From Leptogorgia sarmentosa (lineage: Eukaryota), in the NCBI GenBank assembly GCA_964658305.1, contig OZ210885.1, positions 7,254,001 through 7,318,000 of the forward strand: a DNA stretch of 64,000 bases. The letters are read 5' to 3'. Position numbers and translations under genes: made by a program. The notes below the pieces were generated by a model. It worked only from the letters and a program-made list of their open reading frames with translations, made no database searches and was not told the origin of the DNA. Shown in pieces: positions 62,501-64,000 of this stretch (within the stretch, counting starts at the first letter, position 1; every line of letters starts with the position of its first letter).

Positions 62501-64000
62501 TCTGATTTCTCCAATAACATTGCATGGAAAATTCCTTTATCGAGACGCCTGCGATGCGAAACTACCGTGGGACGCAAGCCTACCGCAAGAATTACAAGCG
62601 AAATGGTCAACCTGGGAACAAAGTTTGCCAGATCACGTTGGTGCTCCAAGAAGCTTGGTGAAGACCCAAGAACCAATTCAACAAATCGAGCTACACGCAT
62701 TTGGAGACGCGAGCGGACAAGGAGTAGCAGCTACAGTCGTGGCAGTTGTGCGGCAAGGCAGTGGCGAATCAAAAGGTCTCGTCGCATCAAAATCGCGATT
62801 AGCCAAGAAGAATTTGACCATACCTCGACTGGAGTTGGTGTCTGCACACATGGCGAGCAATCTGGTCGACAATGTCCGACAGGCATTGGAAGGATTTCCC
62901 GTGAAAAAGGTGTTCGGCTGGCTAGATAGCACGGTGGCTCTTCACTGGATACGCGGAAACGGCGAGTTCAAGCAATTCGTAGGGAATCGCGTGCGCAAGA
63001 TTCGAGAGAAGGATTACATCCAGTGGAGACACGTTCCCAGCCAAGATAATCCAGCTGACCTTGGAAGTAGAGGAGGACACGTTGATGATGCAAATCGCCT
63101 GTGGTGGGAAGGCCCGGCTTGGCTGTTAACTAAAGAGAATTGGCCACCTGAAATCGTGACGAGTCCCAGCAGAGAATCCTTAGCGGAAACCAAACCAACG
63201 CGAGAAATCTTCAACGTCGCCATCCCACAGCCTGACGAGTTCGAGCAATTATTGAAGAAATGGAATTTGTGGAAAACACTCAGAATATGCGCGTGGGTTT
63301 CGCGGTTCATTCGTAACGTTGCGAAATCCCATCACAGTATCAAAGGTCCACTGGGGACCGAAGAGATTCAAGAACGTGAAGCCTGGTGGATTCGTAAAGT
63401 TCAAACGAGGAACAAAGACTCGCCAGAGTTCGAAGAAGACCGCGCGAGGTTAAACCTCAGGATGACGGATGGCAACCTTAAATGTCACGGCAGAATACAA
63501 GGAGACCTACCAATCTACCTCCCTGACAACGACCTGTATACGGAGAAACTGGTAGAACAGTGTCACCATGAAACCCTCCATGGGGGAGTAAGCCTGACCA
63601 TGACGAAAGTAAGAGAAATCTACTGGATCCCGAGATTGAGGAGACTGACTAAAAGAGTCATAAAGCGGTGCTACGGGTGCAAACGGTTCCAAGCTTTACC
63701 CTTCCCAACTCCACAACCGGGGAAATTACCCAAAGATCGGACGGAAGGAGACGCCCCATTCCAAGTCATAGGAGTTGATTATGCTGGTCCAATCAGATAC
63801 CGGAAACGAGGAAAGAAAGAGGCCAAAGCCTACATAATCGTGTACGCATGTTCGCTGACTCGCGCGTTGTATCTTGAACTAACGAAGACCATGAGCACCG
63901 AAGAATTCCTTGCAACGTTCAAACGGTTCATCGCGCGAAAGGGAAGACCTAAGAAAGTCTACTCGGATACCGCGAAGACATTTGCAGCCGGAGCAAAGTG
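59535..64000 (+). CDS. Bel/Pao gag-pol polyprotein, apparently uninterrupted, runs off the window
   Basis: MDELVKRIE...KLPKLVITKFNG; Cys-His knuckles; ALIDTGAGSSY; LYVDDL; LHAFGDAS; HHETLHGG..CYGC; GVDYAGP; YSD. Frame at the window end matches the ATG, and the ORF track shows no stop-terminated ORF in this frame. Confidence 0.9.
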   Translation, partial: MDELVKRIEAKRKVVQSTREAMKRAIENQNTASIQRQKNIIKKTVGEIYELKVEVQEIRIQKGDDEEEIQTWTNDMELELEAWDNELENVSKTTREWKRKEEEEAKLRDQELAAKERHDLFKEQLEFDKAKLEQQTQHEIKMEKMRKEQGKTQSTNAKLPKLVITKFNGTPLDWLRFWNQFEVEIDKADVASVTKFSYLKELVDPKVKAYIDGLPFSTEGYERAKNILKTKYGDTSEIVNAYVQNLMNLPTIQGTNVGKIHDFYSKLMFNVQSLGTLGKLNEVNGYVRLCLDKLEGIRGDLVRTDDDWRQWDFIKLTEALRKWTERNPVKMHDKSNDKSDRQSNLSRTNAFQARQHEAKQRRCVYCNEINHASINCPKVVTSVDRKKYLSERRLCFNCTGAEHRASECRSRSSCSKCKRRHHTSICDASGEKGPPTVPTNDRLLNTATNANKPVVYPVVIVDINGVKCRALIDTGAGSSYASAKLLDTIRAQPCKREMRRVEMLFSTSTKMVGIYNLKIGNTSNKFHLETEVTRVERSELLTLDNPKYKEIMANYSHLDGIIMQDDDEKERLPVHLILGAGDYSKIETASKPRIGSPGEPVAELTKFGWTIMSPGEEVNLNTMLFTQVHRDDYEQLCRLDVLGLQDNATGDQQNVHSEFKEQLSRSEEGWYETSLPWKGNHPSLLSNKTGSLRRLDGLVRKLEKQNIIEQYDKIIKDQINEGIVEKADKEAQNKEFYLPHKAVIRESAETTKLRIVYDASARENENVPSLNECLETGPPLQNHLWRVLVRGRFHPVALAGDLKQAFLQVRIREEDRDVMRFHWFKDLQTKEIVTLRFTRALFGLSPSPFLLGGVIQQHLEKHQQRHPEVVKEISRSLYVDDLVSGGETVEKVSQLKETSKAIFNDATFQLHKWHSNIPALEVEETPQSSLTEETFAKQQLGARSGQATLLGLAWDKELDVIKVEIPQNKARPTKRGILGKIAKIYDPLGLISPITLHGKFLYRDACDAKLPWDASLPQELQAKWSTWEQSLPDHVGAPRSLVKTQEPIQQIELHAFGDASGQGVAATVVAVVRQGSGESKGLVASKSRLAKKNLTIPRLELVSAHMASNLVDNVRQALEGFPVKKVFGWLDSTVALHWIRGNGEFKQFVGNRVRKIREKDYIQWRHVPSQDNPADLGSRGGHVDDANRLWWEGPAWLLTKENWPPEIVTSPSRESLAETKPTREIFNVAIPQPDEFEQLLKKWNLWKTLRICAWVSRFIRNVAKSHHSIKGPLGTEEIQEREAWWIRKVQTRNKDSPEFEEDRARLNLRMTDGNLKCHGRIQGDLPIYLPDNDLYTEKLVEQCHHETLHGGVSLTMTKVREIYWIPRLRRLTKRVIKRCYGCKRFQALPFPTPQPGKLPKDRTEGDAPFQVIGVDYAGPIRYRKRGKKEAKAYIIVYACSLTRALYLELTKTMSTEEFLATFKRFIARKGRPKKVYSDTAKTFAAGAK

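Noticed and set aside
43423..63692. Many short antisense and alternate-frame ORFs within the retrotransposons
   Set aside because: Shadows of gag-pol; no env-like or independent domain seen
1..64000. Prokaryotic defence island
   Set aside because: Spliceosomal introns, eukaryotic tRNA bodies with A/B boxes, LTR retrotransposons and low coding density indicate animal nuclear DNA

Overview
Eukaryotic, AT-rich, repeat-dense animal genomic DNA with spliceosomal GT-AG introns. The gene and transposon repertoire is cnidarian-like (inference). Left to right: (1) a spliced minus-strand STAND gene joining an N-terminal HEPN-type domain (RNEWAH) to a coiled coil and a complete APAF-1-like NB-ARC module; (2) a tandem array of heavily decayed LRR-GPCR-like pseudogenes; (3) many MITEs with readable TIRs and TSDs; (4) a single-exon GT10 alpha-1,3-fucosyltransferase-like gene whose donor-binding motif is rewritten; (5) a cluster of about 15 tRNA genes and pseudogenes; (6) a possible Polinton/Maverick-like relic with two paralogous mini-LRR/mucin-stalk/TM receptor genes; (7) a tandem three-LTR Bel/Pao retrotransposon (TSD TAGAC) inside the 83-nt intron of one of those LRR genes; (8) a second, apparently intact Bel/Pao element running off the window end. 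All calls are from reading the sequence by eye; no database search was run.
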